A stretch of DNA of 64,000 nucleotides from Eledone cirrhosa. Taxonomy: Eukaryota. The stretch spans positions 58,280,001 to 58,344,000 of the forward strand of contig OZ024748.1 in assembly GCA_964016885.1 (NCBI GenBank), given 5' to 3'. The translations under genes were made by a program, and so were the position numbers. This document shows, piece after piece, positions 38,008 to 54,008 of the stretch. The first letter of the stretch is position 1; every line of letters starts with the position of its first letter. The notes under the pieces were generated by a model. That model made no database searches and was not told where the DNA came from. It was given only the letters and a program-made list of their open reading frames with translations.

Positions 38008-38014
<7 letters not shown>
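36073..38014 (+). mobile_element. Neptune-type PLE 3' part: thumb/linker, GIY-YIG endonuclease, pLTR
   Basis: YISTHNPRN, KRQPKSLKTLLT, CGGSNCGTC, LIYAIKCKECSEDYIGQT and HRQQ; same family as 18080; ends CACTTTCTAA|(TA)n. Confidence 0.9.
37841..37877 (+). ncRNA. minimal type I hammerhead, U3-A8 core
   Basis: CCT TTGAAAA GCAG aagaa CTGC GAAA CCGG TA AAGG; helix I is one T short. Confidence 0.72.
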
Positions 38015-38050
<36 letters not shown>

Positions 38051-38055
<5 letters not shown>

Positions 38056-38452
38056 AAAGAACCAGGACCCAGACAGCTGAGCTCCGACCGTTTCGACAGC
38101 TAGATCCGAATTAAGCCACCCATATTGGTGGATTAGTTCGGATCTAGCTGTCGATACGGCTGGTGCCCAGCCGTCGGTGTCTTAACTCTTATCCTACTAC
38201 CCACTCTACTACCGTAAATATTGTGTACTCTGGTGCATTATGGTTCACCTGGTATTTTACAACACCTTCATTGTTATATATATAACGAAGAAGGTGTGGT
38301 AGGAACAAGAGTACTCAATACTTAGTAGAGTGGGTAATAGAAAAATGTTTTACCTCGACGGCAGATCTCATGCCGTTTCAACGGCTATTTCAGTCCAGAA
38401 ATAGCCGTCGAAATAGCTTGAGCTTTGCTGTAGGGGTCAAACATTTTCCTAT
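38051..38452. mobile_element. two tail-to-tail fold-back mini-insertions of Hydra-PLE termini
   Basis: Each has a hairpin made from the hammerhead 3' half plus the acccactctactac..ggtgcattatgg tail; they are joined at TATATATATA (about 38275-38284). Confidence 0.8.
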
Positions 38453-38473
38453 ATATATATATATATATATTAA

Positions 38474-38603
38474 TTGTTTTTACTTTAAGCACAAGGCCAG
38501 CAATTACCCAATGCATCACTGGTACTTTATTTTATCGACCCCATAAGGATGAAAGGCAAAGTCAACCTCAGCGGGATTTGAACTCAGATCGTAAAGGGAC
38601 GTA
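38474..38603 (-). mobile_element. SINE 3' portion
   Basis: gcacaaggccagcaattaccc..ttatcgaccccataaggatgaaaggcaaag..gggatttgaactcag. Confidence 0.88.
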
Positions 38604-40471
38604 ATGTCTCCGTGACTGATTACAACATGTATCGAATTCTAGTTATGCAGCACACCAGAAAAAATAAAACAATATATATTTTTGACGCTCTTACGACATT
38701 GTTAATTAGCTATATCAGATTTGATCCATAAGCAGCCAGTTGTCGAGTGAGTGTATTTATCCTTGTATAATTCTATAATTGCTCGAGTTAAGCGAAACAT
38801 TAATCCACTACGTTTAAGAGTATATATATTTTTACAATGGATGATTTGAGGTTAGATATGTGAAGAGTTAATCCAAAATAATTATAATATTTTGATGTAT
38901 TTGAAGAAATACACATTTTGTAGGTAATTTCTCTTTCACTTGGCCACTTGATGTAGTCGCCTTCAATCAATAGTGTATGTTAACATGTAGTAGAGAATTA
39001 AGACAGATGATATATATATATATTAACACATACACAGACATAAATACATCCATATATATTTATGCACACATACATATGAGTGTGTGTGCGCGCGTATGTG
39101 CGCGTATGTCTTTGTGTGTCTTCTGTATGTGTGTGTATGTATCTGCCTGTGTTTAAGTGTCTGTGAATCTCCTGTATGTATTAATGTTTAGACATAGCGT
39201 GATAGAACAATATTTAATCATATATATTTCTTCTCTGCCAAGGCAAATGTATACAAGATCAGTTTGTATTATGTTGCTGTGAATATATTTGGTCTTAATC
39301 TAAATTCATGAAACACGTATAATACAATACATCTCGATTCACTTACAGTAAATATTCGTCCGTTTTAACATATTATCGGTATAGTTTACACAATTAAATA
39401 CATCACATATTCTGTACTTCAATCTTCTTCAATTTCTTATACGTAACTATTAAATGTGTTAAGAGTTTCAGTTAAATGCCTTCTTGTATCCATTCCCTGA
39501 AAGTATACCCCGAGTTCATATCTTTCTGGAGTCGTATCTGCCTGCAATTTCGACAGATTTATGAAAACAAATATTAAGTTCTTTCTGAAATAATTCCATC
39601 AAAGTAAGCACCTTTCTTAGGAATGTATGTTCTTCTGCAAATTGGTTATATCAATAAAATTGCAGACAAGAAGACTGGCGCTGTATAGATTAGAACTATT
39701 GAGTTACATCTCAATTATTTGTTCTTTTAAACATCTAAATCAATGGATCAACCCAATTTAATTTATCGTATACTATATGTCGCTCTGTCGAAGTTACAAA
39801 TTTATACAGCAAAACAGTGTAATAATTTCATCGATACTCTTAACACGTTATAATAATTATCAGTCATATATCATGTGCTAAATACATATGATAATTGCTT
39901 TCAGAAGCAAGTAATTACGTATTTCATTCAAACTACATTCAGCCCATTCTGCTGGTACATATACTGAAGCCTTTAAATTATAATCCACGCATATGACAGT
40001 TCGCATTGTATGTAGTTGATAACATACAGCTGTAAAGCAATGTAAATGTTCATAACTGGGTTTTGTAAACAACTAGTGATTAGTACAAAGGACACGATCC
40101 ATACAAATTAAGGTCCATAAATCCCCCTCTCTACTTCGTTGTTTACACACGCACGCACGTACTCACACACACACACACATATACACACACATACACATAC
40201 ATACATACATATATATAAACTGAAGTGTAAGTCAACAGGTTAAAATTATCTTCATTCACATTCGCCGTTATATATATTTTGGTGATAGTTATTATTGAAC
40301 AGCTATGACCTCATCAGCTAGCTAGCACTTGACCATAAAAAAAACATAATAATGGAAAAAAGTTTATCTTTGTTATTTCGATCTTTTAATTCCAGAGTAA
40401 ACATACCCACTGCGCACTTTGTTGAGTGATCTACTCCGAATAACGAAGTGTCGGTAACTAACGAAAACATA

Positions 40472-40525
<54 letters not shown>

Positions 40526-40562
40526 TAAAAAAAGAAAGTTTCGCTCTACATGGCTGAATACA

Positions 40563-40785
40563 ATAAATGTAATCTGAGGTTATCGAATATTAATAATAAC
40601 ATTCGATTCGTTTTCAATTATGCAAACAAGCCTCAATTTTATAGCCATTCTGTTCGCATGCCAACACAAGAGCAAGAATGAAGTGTTCATTCTACTGACA
40701 TGGCTATAAAATTGAGGCTTGTTTGCATAATCGCAAACGATTCGAATGTTATTATTAATATTCGAAAAACTCAGATTACATTTAT
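40563..40785. repeat. 86 bp inverted repeat with ~50 bp spacer between (TA)n tracts
   Basis: 40563-40648 versus 40700-40785, few mismatches. Confidence 0.88.
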
Positions 40786-40791
40786 CACATG

Positions 40792-40862
<71 letters not shown>

Positions 40863-41113
40863 TTAATACATTAACAGAGAAAGCTTTAATACTCCTACCG
40901 ACATCTATCTCACTCAACAAACATTAGGATATACCTGAGTATAATCCTAACTATATGTTTGGGGTGATAACTATATTGTATTTTTCAGATAGCCAGCTCT
41001 ATTATTTTATATGAGACGTAATTAAATACATTTTTCCTTCCATCTTCTCCTTTGAGAAACACAAAATTCTAAACATATTTGATTCATCATTTTCAAATAA
41101 ATAATATATATAT

Positions 41114-41146
<33 letters not shown>

Positions 41147-41203
41147 ATAATTATAATGAAATGACAGGAGGCTCGACTTGTGTAAATCCTTGAAAGGTTT
41201 ATT

Positions 41204-41261
41204 ATACTATGAACATTTCAATGACCGGGTTCCGTATGAATCCGGTGATATCATCAGGTAT
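41204..41261 (-). ncRNA. type I hammerhead ribozyme, canonical core
   Basis: ATAC CTGATGA tATcACCGGaTTC atacg GAAcCCGGTcATt GAA ATG tt CAT A GTAT; helix II has mismatches. Confidence 0.75.
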
Positions 41262-41514
41262 TCGAAATATTACAAATGAATGTAATAGATAAAATCCATG
41301 GGGCTGAAAATCAACGACTGGAGGACGACCGACATCTAGCATCTTCCACTTTTGCCGGTCGCCCTCAAGTTAATATTTAACTCCGTACTAACACCACCAA
41401 CTACAAAAACGAGGACGGATGAACTGCTTTACGTTGAGTACTCTCCATATTATTACATTAAGATTGACCATACGGAATTGGCCAGATCTATCCAGTGGTA
41501 AACCTCAAACCTGA

Positions 41515-41546
<32 letters not shown>

Positions 41547-42214
41547 TATTTATTTATTTTGAAAATGAAGAATCAAATATGTTTAGAATTGTGTGTTTCT
41601 CAATCAGTAAGCCCAACAGATTTTATCTAGAATCATAATAATCAAATGTATATATTTTTCTATAGAATATGTAAATGTATATATACAATAAACCGTGCTT
41701 CTTTTACGATATATGGCTCTTTCTCTCTCTCTCTCTCTCTCTATACAAATATATATATTTTCATTTGGTTATATATATATATATATGCATATAATGAATG
41801 AGTAATACAATTAAATATGCAGTGTTACGCATGAAACAAGTCATCAATCAATCAAATGTACTTTAGAACAGAATTGTTATGAGGCCGAAGAAAAATAATA
41901 TAAATATTATTTGAGTGTAATTCCAGTTAGATATTGCTGTAATTTATTCATTAATATATTTTATCGTTACGAAAACGGGGAATATGTGCAACATTCGGTC
42001 CATACTTCATGCATATATTTTTTTTGTTTGTGCATTAATCTAATCGTATCTCAGACCTCGCTAACCAATTAGGCTGTTAGAATATTGTGAAACACGGTGC
42101 ATAAGGAATTATCACGTGATAATGATGTCGTGATCGCGGTTGTAATATGCTACAGTACATTACGGTTTAACTCGAATTAATTGGCCTCTTTCTTTTAAAT
42201 CCGCGGACAAAGCA

Positions 42215-42372
42215 ACTCTGAATGGTTAACATGTTCTCAACACAATCATTAAAGTCTCGGGTTCCATCGAACTGCGTAGCATTTTTGTCATGTTTAATGT
42301 TCTACAGTTTTAAGTGAATCCATGTTTTGTGAGTAAACCTAGGTGGAAGGAAACTCCTTAGAAGCCTGACGG
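42215..42372 (+). mobile_element. highly decayed SINE of a different family
   Basis: tggttaa..tctcgggttc head and ttgtgagt..ggtggaaggaaact..agaagcctgacg end. Confidence 0.4.
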
Positions 42373-42757
42373 ATGAAATGTATCTGCATTTCAAAGACAA
42401 GATGTTTAATGTTAAATTTACCTGAAACATATCTTATGGTTTAGTATCAGTGGAATATTTGGTTACTTATTAGTTAATTTATAATCAAATAAAAGGATAC
42501 ACAGAGAAACGTGTTAGACAATTCATGAATTATGCACGTACCGTCTCTCCTTCGCGTTCTAAGAACAATCAGACATTGGATTCATGTTTTCTCCAGCCCC
42601 TTTGCATTGTTTAGCTACATTGAGTACAGATCAAGAACACCCATCAGATTAAGTCTCATCTGATTAATTCCCTTATATGTATACATATGTGGCTGTGTCG
42701 TGGTCTATGCAATTAGTATTTCAATCAACAACTTTTCAATATATTGACATTATTCTT

Positions 42758-42940
42758 TGGATTGGCAGTATCGGTAGAGGGTCGGACGCCATGCTTTCAG
42801 CATAGTTACGTCCCTTTACGATCTGAGTTCAAATCCCGCCGAGGTTGACTTTGCCTTTCATCCTTACGGGGTCGATAAAATAAAGTACCAGTAATGCACT
42901 GGGTAATTGCTGGCCTTGTGCCTAAAGTAGAAACAATTAT
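42758..42940 (+). mobile_element. near full-length SINE
   Basis: TGGCAGTATCGG A box, GAGTTCAAATCC B box, GCCTTTCATCCTTACGGGGTCGATAAAATAAAGTACCAG body and GCTGGCCTTGTGCCTAAAGTAGAAAC tail. Confidence 0.93.
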
Positions 42941-43354
42941 TCTTTAAACGTATATTGCTTAATCTGTTCTTGAGCAATACATTTCGATCTCATCAAATTA
43001 AAAAAAATAAGTCTGAGAAAGTATAAAAAGAAATAATGTTTGATATTTTCAAAAGAAGCAAACAAACAAAACAAAAAACAGGATGTAGTTCAGTAAATAT
43101 TGATTATGGACTTTTTCTCTCATTTGGCGTGATTGATAATATTCTAACCGTGTTGACCTATATTTATTAATTATAAACAAATTGGAACGTTAATTTAATT
43201 GTAGAATTATTTTCCGGCCACATTTTACTTAAGATAAGATGAGAACTCAATTAATTCGCAATATTTCTATATTAAAATGTATTGAACACTTCCTTGGATA
43301 GCTGTTTTTTTTATATATATACATATAAACACACACACACACTCTACGCACACG

Positions 43355-43434
<80 letters not shown>

Positions 43435-43541
43435 ACTCTCCCGTCCTATATCAACGCATACGGGTTCGGTCTTCGGAGTTCACTTTCATATAGTGTATAC
43501 ATTAAATGTCAATTGTTTATTTACACATCAATACACATTTA

Positions 43542-43587
<46 letters not shown>

Positions 43588-44039
43588 GTAAATATCTTTA
43601 AGTCATTTGGAAGCCTCGGCAATGCAAATAGGTAAATCTCCGGGTAACAAGGTCCGGTGGTGGAGAGAGAGATGTAAGTGGGTGTACGTTGAGATGCGTG
43701 GTGTGTATAAGATGTGTGAGATGTGTAGAATGAAGTGAAGAGTATAAAGGATAAAATAAAAATAACAACACAAGAGAGAGTTACCTTGGGAGAGATTTAA
43801 TAGTCCCTTTACTAGAGCAGTTATACCTCTAAGCACATACTTCAAATCCGCCTACAGAATACAACATAGATGTTATATGCAGATGATTAGAAGCGAGTCA
43901 ACATAAAATTTGATATCGTGAAGCGTACTTAATTTCTGACATCAACATGCAGAATTCAAATTCCACCAGTTGGCAGTTTTGTTTTACACACAGGAGCTAC
44001 GTCATGTTAAATCAGCAAATCTGCGTCATACAAACCACA

Positions 44040-44390
44040 GTACTGCAGAGGAAGGGGAGAAAACCATATACCGGGGATTGCCCAGCCGCTTCCCCTTCAC
44101 TCCGGTCATCGTCGAGACCTCAGGCGTTTTTGAACTCCGTGCTGTTGATCTCTTCCACAATATCGGAACACCAGCGGCCCGTCTGAAGAAGGAGTCCCAC
44201 GGGATGGGGTGGGTGTTAAAGCCGGTGTCGTTGGCCAATGTCAACGAGACACAGCCACAATACAGCCCCGCCCTAGGCTCAGAGCCTATCACCCTCCTCT
44301 TCTCCCTCCCTCCCTATACTTCCGTGACACTAGAACCCTCGCATCTCCTTTTCATTTCCGTTTCCATCACAACAAAAGACACTTAAATAT
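44040..44390 (+). mobile_element. 3' remnant of a CRE-like (restriction-like endonuclease) non-LTR element
   Basis: AEEGEKTIYRGL..FPFTPVIVETSGVF..A..LFHNIG...SLA, then frameshifted QRDTATI; matches the AE..K..Y..F.P...ET.G....QRGNA..I pattern. Confidence 0.65.
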
Positions 44391-44999
44391 ACAATGTAAT
44401 TCTATATTGTATAGTGAGTTGCTCTTTCCATTTGCATATATATGTTCACTAAATGAATAAAGTATCAACATTTTTATGTGTAGACTTGGACTCATGAGAA
44501 AATTAACATTTCTCATATACACAATGATGTTCCGAAAGGAGAATACTTTCCAGACATTGGGTATATGAAAATTTACAAGCTGGCTCCCTTAATCTCCTTA
44601 CTCATAATTAGGTTGTTCAAATCAAATTTCCGGTCGTCACGATTTCCAACTCGGTTTGTTGAACTATAGGGCCAATTGCGTTTAGTAAAAGTGGAACACG
44701 GGTGTATTAAAGGCATTGCAACTGAGTAGGCATGAGGACATGAAAGATGCTTGTGTTTCTTCCTATTAATATATCGTAACCCAGCTTTCGAGAAACGGAT
44801 ATCGATAAAAGAATTACTAAGCTTTTAAATAATACACATTATATTATCGGTTAAATCCTTTGATGATCCACTATAACAGAGAAAACAAAATAATCATGTG
44901 TACTTTGTGACTGCGTCAAAGAATGAGATTGGTATTTGCTATAGTGCAGCTATAACTTCAATTTTTATAACTCATATAAATAAATATATATATATACAT

Positions 45000-45220
45000 A
45001 TATTTATTAAAATAACAGATTAAAGTTTAAGCAAAGAATCGCTGCTTTCACCCTTAACGGGATCTTCTCAAAGATTCCGTTAAGGGTGAAAGCAGCGATT
45101 CTTTGCTTAAATTTTAATCTGTTATTTTAATAAATATTTGCTCTACGGTTCTTATATATTTGATATATATTTATCCTTATCGAGCCCTCTTTGGATTTTA
45201 GTCTTCAAATGTATTATTAT

Positions 45221-45225
<5 letters not shown>
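45000..45225 (+). repeat. 67 bp near-perfect hairpin plus ~88 nt tail between (TA)n tracts
   Basis: 45000-45066 versus 45071-45137, two mismatches seen. Confidence 0.88.
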
Positions 45226-45274
<49 letters not shown>

Positions 45275-45479
45275 GTGTGTGTGTTAGGTAATTATATATT
45301 GTGTTGTTCACTTTTTTAATCTAAATATATATATATGTATGTATAATGTTTGTGTGTGTAATATATTACAGACGCACACATACATACACACAGAAATATT
45401 ATATATAGACTATCCAGGAAAAATGTAAACCCTTAAGATCTTCTTCCTGGATATGTCAATATTTATAAAACATACTTTG

Positions 45480-45540
45480 TATTTTATCTGATGAGAGCGT
45501 ACCAAAGTGTTGGTACCCTTGAAATATATATAATAGAATA
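45480..45540 (+). ncRNA. minimal type I hammerhead
   Basis: ttttat CTGATGA GAGcGTACCAA agtg TTGGTACcCTT GAAA TATATA TAATAGAAT. Confidence 0.72.
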
Positions 45541-45889
45541 AATATGGTTTCATAAATGTAGTTTCCATTTATTTAATATCATTGAATATTATACTCCAGA
45601 AAACTGTCGAGTGCTTAGAATCAGTTATAAACATTTATATTTGTTGAATTACCAACAAATTAAATATCCCTTTTGCTTATATATATATATATATATGAGG
45701 GTGTTAAAGTTTGCTTGAAGCATCGTGAAATGTGTAAAAATACGTATTTAAGAAAGCCACAACAATGCAAAGGGAAATCTCGAGGTAGGAAGTGAAATAT
45801 AGATAGGAAAAACAGGTGAAAGTGAAAATTGAGAGAGACAAAGATGAAAACAAAACAAAGGTAGAAGGGTTACCGTAGTAGAGATTTAA

Positions 45890-45925
45890 TCCCAATATTT
45901 CGGGCTCACGCCCATCAACGGGGGA
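45890..45925 (-). ncRNA. hammerhead fold with variant or decayed core
   Basis: TCCC CCGTTGA T GGGC gtga GCCC GAAA TA TT GGGA; helices are perfect, but the core has U4C and A6U. Confidence 0.5.
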
Positions 45926-46004
45926 AAAAATTCCAAAAGGGGGGAAACAGGCCAAGCGGAGAAAGTTGTGATGTCGTTAAGACAGGAATGCCGTACATTC
46001 TCTA

Positions 46005-46075
46005 TTATATTTTATCTGATGAAAGCGCACCATAATCTGCCTTGGTGGCCCTTGAAATATGTATAATGAAATAAA
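46005..46075 (+). ncRNA. minimal type I hammerhead, same family as 45480
   Basis: ttttat CTGATGA AAG cgCACCA taatctgcct TGGTG gcc CTT GAAA TATGTA TAATG; homologous ~140 nt tail to (TA)n. Confidence 0.68.
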
Positions 46076-46468
46076 TATGGTTTTATAAATATAGTTTCCA
46101 TTTGTTAATATATTGTATATTTACTCCAATAATTTGTTGAGTGCTTTATATCAGTTATAAAAATATTTTAGCTTGTTGTATCCCAACAAATTAAATATAA
46201 CCTCTACACATATATATATAATGTGTGTGTGTGTGTGTGTGTAATTATATATTGTGTTGTTCACTTTCTAATCTAAATGTATGTATATGTATGTATACTG
46301 TTTGTGTGTGTGTGTGTAATATGTGGCGGTATGTGTGTCTGTGAGTGTAATATGTGTCTGTCCGTGTATGAGCAAGTAGGGGCATATAAGTGCCTCTGTG
46401 TGTATGTGCTTCTGCGTGTGTGTCTGTATGTACCCTTGTTAATTTCTCTGTATATGTGTATGTGCGTG

Positions 46469-46500
<32 letters not shown>

Positions 46501-47531
46501 GCAGGCTTGCGTGAAATAATCACCACACTCTGAAACATGTAACTAATCATTTTGTGGAAATCACATACTTTATATATTGCATCACGGTCCGTTTTCTAAC
46601 ATGTTCTTCAAGTGGGAATTTATACATCAACAACGTGCGGTTTATGTACCGTGTAAATTATATGTGGTGGTCATTGAATTGCCCATTTTATATTATTCAC
46701 TTCTATGCCTAATCTCTGTCTAACAGGTCGTTCCGGAAAGGCCTTTACTTTAAAACACTGCAATTATTCATCGTTCAGTTTGACATAAAATTACTTTTTT
46801 TACAGATGAATAGAACAATAAATACATTTACTGCTTTCTATGAATTATTCCAGATATAATGACAAAGGAGACTCGCTATTTATAGTTCATAATATGTCCA
46901 CGTTCGAACGATTGTCAACTTGTATAGTATGTCACTGTTTGAAAGTACTTAAGTAACGTCGCATATGTAACACAATACCATCCGTACCTAAATTAATGTG
47001 TTTGTGAAAATTGCATGGTCGATATTGTAGGAGATATCGCTATCAATGTTTTCCTTATGTAAAAGGTTTCGCCTGTATTAAACAATATACATGTATGACA
47101 ATCCTAGAAATAAAACGAAAGAATATACGTTAATGATATCATAAATGTGATATAAATCTCAGCAAATTATTTCATTTGTTGAGAGCCAATTTCATGTGTT
47201 ATGTTATGTTGTAAAACTTCTATATTACATATTCGTGAAAGATATATTTCATACTCAAGTTTATAACGTGTGGTATTATACTACTACTTTAATCGTGTTG
47301 TAATATATAGCAATGAAAGGTTGGCTACAATGACTGTAAATTATTATACGATCATTTTACGTTTCCACATACTAAAAGATTATTAACTTAAGCAAGTCTT
47401 GCAAATGAATAATTATTTTCTTTCTAACAGAATTCGGTAGACTTCTGAATAAGTTCGTTTTCTACACCAACGGTGTACTGAATATTATGGTATTGGTAAT
47501 ATTTTAAATTCTTACATTAATTCTCACAATA

Positions 47532-47648
47532 TTATCGACCCCGTAAGGATGAAAGGCAAAGTTAACCTCAAATCCCGTGGAGGTTAAATTTGCCTTTCAT
47601 TGCTTGTGGGGTCGATAAAATAAAGTACCAGTAAAGTAGAAACAATTA
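47532..47648. mobile_element. fold-back SINE fragment
   Basis: Inverted SINE body followed directly by a forward SINE body and tail. Confidence 0.8.
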
Positions 47649-48588
47649 TGACTTTCTATGTTAATGTATACATATTGTACAGTCTGTCTCATCCTACCTC
47701 ATTCTTTCCTTCGCTCCTTAATTCTCTTTGTCCTCTTTTCTTTCTTTCATATTCTTTTTTTTTAATTTCATATAAATATTATTTCCCTAACTACATGAAA
47801 TATCTTATCACGTATGTTTACAAAATATTCAATAAATATATTTACACAAAAAAAAATATATATATATATAAGATGGTGTAAGACAGAACAAAGTAAAGAC
47901 ATAAAATAACAAATTCGTCACGGAGGAGGTCACAGATTGTGTAAGGAAAGAGCTTGAAAATAAACAAAATAAATCACCCGGCTATTAAAATAATTGATGG
48001 GGTTTTCATAGTAATTTGAAGTGAAACCCAACAGGTGCGTGTGATTTTATTGGCAGCATGACCCTCCCAATGTATAAATATATATATATATATATATATA
48101 TCAATAAATATGGCGTTGACGGCTGTGAGTGCTTAATAACGAAGTAGAGATTTTATATTCATTTTATTCCGTTTTCCTTCGTCTCACCCCATTTACACCT
48201 GTTCTCGCAAAGATCGGACGTGTTTCTCTTCGCTCTTTCTCATGCTGTTAATAACGTCTCAGGGCTTACACCCGGCCGCCTTTTTAAATCTCCCTTTGGT
48301 TACTGCTACACACATGTATTACTCTCTGATGTTTTCCCCCCTCTATCGGTATGTTCTCTTTTTTTTTCTTCTGTTTATTTTCTGCCTCTTCACTATCGTC
48401 TCTTTTGTATCTTTTCCTCCCCTAATAACTAGTTCATAACGCACTGTGGATAGATGTATTGTCTTTAATGCGTCGAAATATCGGAGACCTATAGCAGACC
48501 ACTGAGAGGGGTTTTGTCTTATGTCTTTCCCTTACATTTCTAAACATTATTTTATTAGTAACCACAGATCACCATGTCCCTTTTAATT

Positions 48589-48633
<45 letters not shown>

Positions 48634-50013
48634 GTATTGAAGTTTCCGTTGAAAATTGAAAAAGTCATAGGAGTGAAAAGTGCTCTATGTAGGTGCCAGA
48701 GCTAAATTTATTGTATAATAAACAGTACAATATAATTACCTCATTATCAGAGGTTTCCCGAATAAGACGAATACGAAAAACGTCCTCATTCGTTCGTCGG
48801 ATAAGGCAATTGCCTTATCCGACGTTTATTGTTTATTATACATTATATATATATATATATATAATTGGTGGTGGATGCTTCAAGCGTCCGTATACAGTAG
48901 TCCGTATGATATCACAGAAAAAAGAGAATCAGTGTAGCGACGAAAGGAATTTATTGGACATATTACAATTGTTTCTCGGGCGACCAGTTTGAAGCACGAC
49001 ATATGTGATGACAAAACCTAACTCAGAATTGCGCGGTCCTCGGATACGTCTCGATTCTACGACACAAATTCTCCTATTGTCCTTTAACATCGAATTCCTT
49101 TGTTTGTTGATATAGATCCTGTTTTTGTCATTCCATGAGTGGTCAAGAATTGTACACGTCACCCGTAAATCTAGCCACTCATGGTTGCCCACTGCTTGGT
49201 TCTTCTCGGTCCCCACCTGCCAATCAAAATTTCTCTATATATCAGAATTACTACTGTGATAGGAGAGGGGCTGTAATCTTGAACGGCTGGCATCACTTCG
49301 ACGTCTTCATTGTCCCTAGGCACCCTATTCCAAGCAGTCAGGTACAGACCTGCAATTATGCAGCAGTCATTGTAAATAATGTTTGGCGGGAATTCTTTTA
49401 AAAAACAAATCCTAGGGAAATTTAGCATAACATTTGTAGGACATAGCCTTAGAATACCCTGCACCATACATATTTCAAAAAGAAAAAGGAGAAGAAAAAG
49501 AAAACACCTGTATTAAGAACGTTTTTAAATGATGGCTTTCAACAGCCTTTCAAACAGAAAGGCTATATCAAAGGTGTTTTAAACAAATACACCCAATTCT
49601 ACACTCACACATGATTCAGGGAAGCGCGCATAGCCAAGACGCCGCATACATATAGACAGATGAAAAAAGAAAAATCCATAGATAGCCATACATACCCCCC
49701 CCCCCCCAAGCAGACATGCTCGGACAAATGCATCGACCCAGGCATGCGCACACCCGTGCTCATGCGTGTCTGTGTGGATACACATACATACATTCACCCG
49801 CGTGCTCCCACACTGGAGGCCAATACTTGGTGATAACCCCCTGATCCGTCTTCATACGCGCAGCTGCGCAAATGGTGCACACAGTATTATATGAGACAAG
49901 GCTTTTGAGGCTTTGATCCAACCCAATCACGTGGCGGTATGATTCTGAAGGTGCTTGCACAATATGCCTAAATGTAAAGGCAGCACAATATCCCTGCACT
50001 AATCGCATATAAC

Positions 50014-50054
50014 GTCGAAACGGCTTAAGCTCAGCCGTCGGGGTCCTACTCGTT

Positions 50055-50058
<4 letters not shown>
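50014..50058 (+). mobile_element. Hydra-PLE terminal fragment (hammerhead 3' half)
   Basis: CGTCGAAACGGCTTAAGCTCAGCCGTCGGGGTCCTACTCGTTCCTA|(TA)n. Confidence 0.85.
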
Positions 50059-50096
<38 letters not shown>

Positions 50097-50499
50097 TTAT
50101 ATATATATATATTATATATATATATATATTATATATATATTATATATATATATATTATATATTATATATATAGATATTATATATATATATTGTATATATA
50201 TATTATATATATAGATATTATATATATATATTGTATATATATATTATATATATATATTATATATATATATTATATATATATATATATTATATATATATAT
50301 ATTATATATATATATTATATATGTATATTATATATATATATATATTATATATATATATTATATATATATATTATATATATATATTATATATATATTATAT
50401 ATATATATTATATATATATTATATATATATATATATATACAATATGTATATATATATATATATTATATATATATATATATATACAGTATGTATATATAT
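50059..50499. repeat. T-interrupted (TA)n satellite
   Basis: TATATTATA-type units. Confidence 0.98.
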
Positions 50500-51074
50500 G
50501 AAAGACATAAAATAAGAACATTATAAAAATTAACTTACTAAAATTTATAATTATCTCCAAATTATTTTGTTGAGCGAAAATTTGCCAAAACTGCTACTAT
50601 AGTTCATAGTAATAGTTCGGCTATTGTCTTCTTAACACCCCACTCCTCACTGATTAACCTCGATGTCACGTGATTGATTCTTTTGAATTTGCCACCGACC
50701 AAGTAGGCAGTGATTTTTTTCAATGTCTTGGAACTTAGTCCACGCTTGCTTTTTTCCATCCACTGAATTATTTTTGTATAAGTTCCCTGTGTCCACGCAT
50801 TGCCTGGGAACTTAGCTGAGAATAGACTTCCCTGATGACGAAAGGCCTTCTCCATGTGTTCCATTCTGAAACCATGTTTATTCCATTTCAGAAACTAATT
50901 AGTTGGAGTGAAATCTTAGTAAGTAAGTTAATTTTCATAATTTTCTTATTTTACGTCTTTCATATAATTGTTCTGCATTCCCTTGCATCGAACCACAAAG
51001 TTCCCAAAACAAAACCTATATATTTGCTAGCATAGGTATGCATCTGTATATATATGTTGGTAGATATACTAATT

Positions 51075-51145
<71 letters not shown>

Positions 51146-51612
51146 CGTGTGTGTGTATCGTGGTGAGACTTATGTACAATTAGATATTGTGCTACTGTGT
51201 GACTAATGATATACGAACATGAGAAAGAGAAGTTATATTCCCCAATGAGAAATCCCTATTGGAAGTGCAAAGGATATTAAAAGTGTATCTTGAGACACAA
51301 GTGCCAATCATATGTCGAAATTAAGGACAAGTAATAAACTATAAACAGAAAGCTACTTAATGAACACAAGTATATGGTGTTATTAATTTAACGTTCCTAT
51401 GTTTAAATCCCGAAATATCTCGCAGTAATGAAGCTGTTTTAATATATATTCCAATTCTATGCCAATAAAACCCAAAAGAAGCCAAATATATATTGACAGG
51501 TAACAACCACAATAGTAGAAATACGTTTCGAATTTGTTTTCTGTTTCATACGGCTGCTGCGATATGATATAGATTCGTCTCTCATTCGCTCTCACCCTCC
51601 CCTTGCTAACTC

Positions 51613-53916
<2,304 letters not shown>

Positions 53917-54008
53917 ACGAAGGAAATGTGGTAAGGAACCAGGTGGACCATAACGCACCAAAGTACTCAATACTTGAGGTAGTAGAGTGGGTAATAGGAA
54001 CCAGTAAG

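Noticed and set aside
48417-48486. Possible decayed hammerhead (CTCC/GGAG, ACGCA/TGCGT, GAAATATC)
   Set aside because: The core reads CTAATAA with an insertion; too degenerate to list as a feature.
50832-50845. CTGATGACGAAA hammerhead-like core
   Set aside because: No helix II between the core halves and no helix I or III.
50604-50864. 86 aa minus-strand ORF as a gene
   Set aside because: No recognisable motif or splice context.
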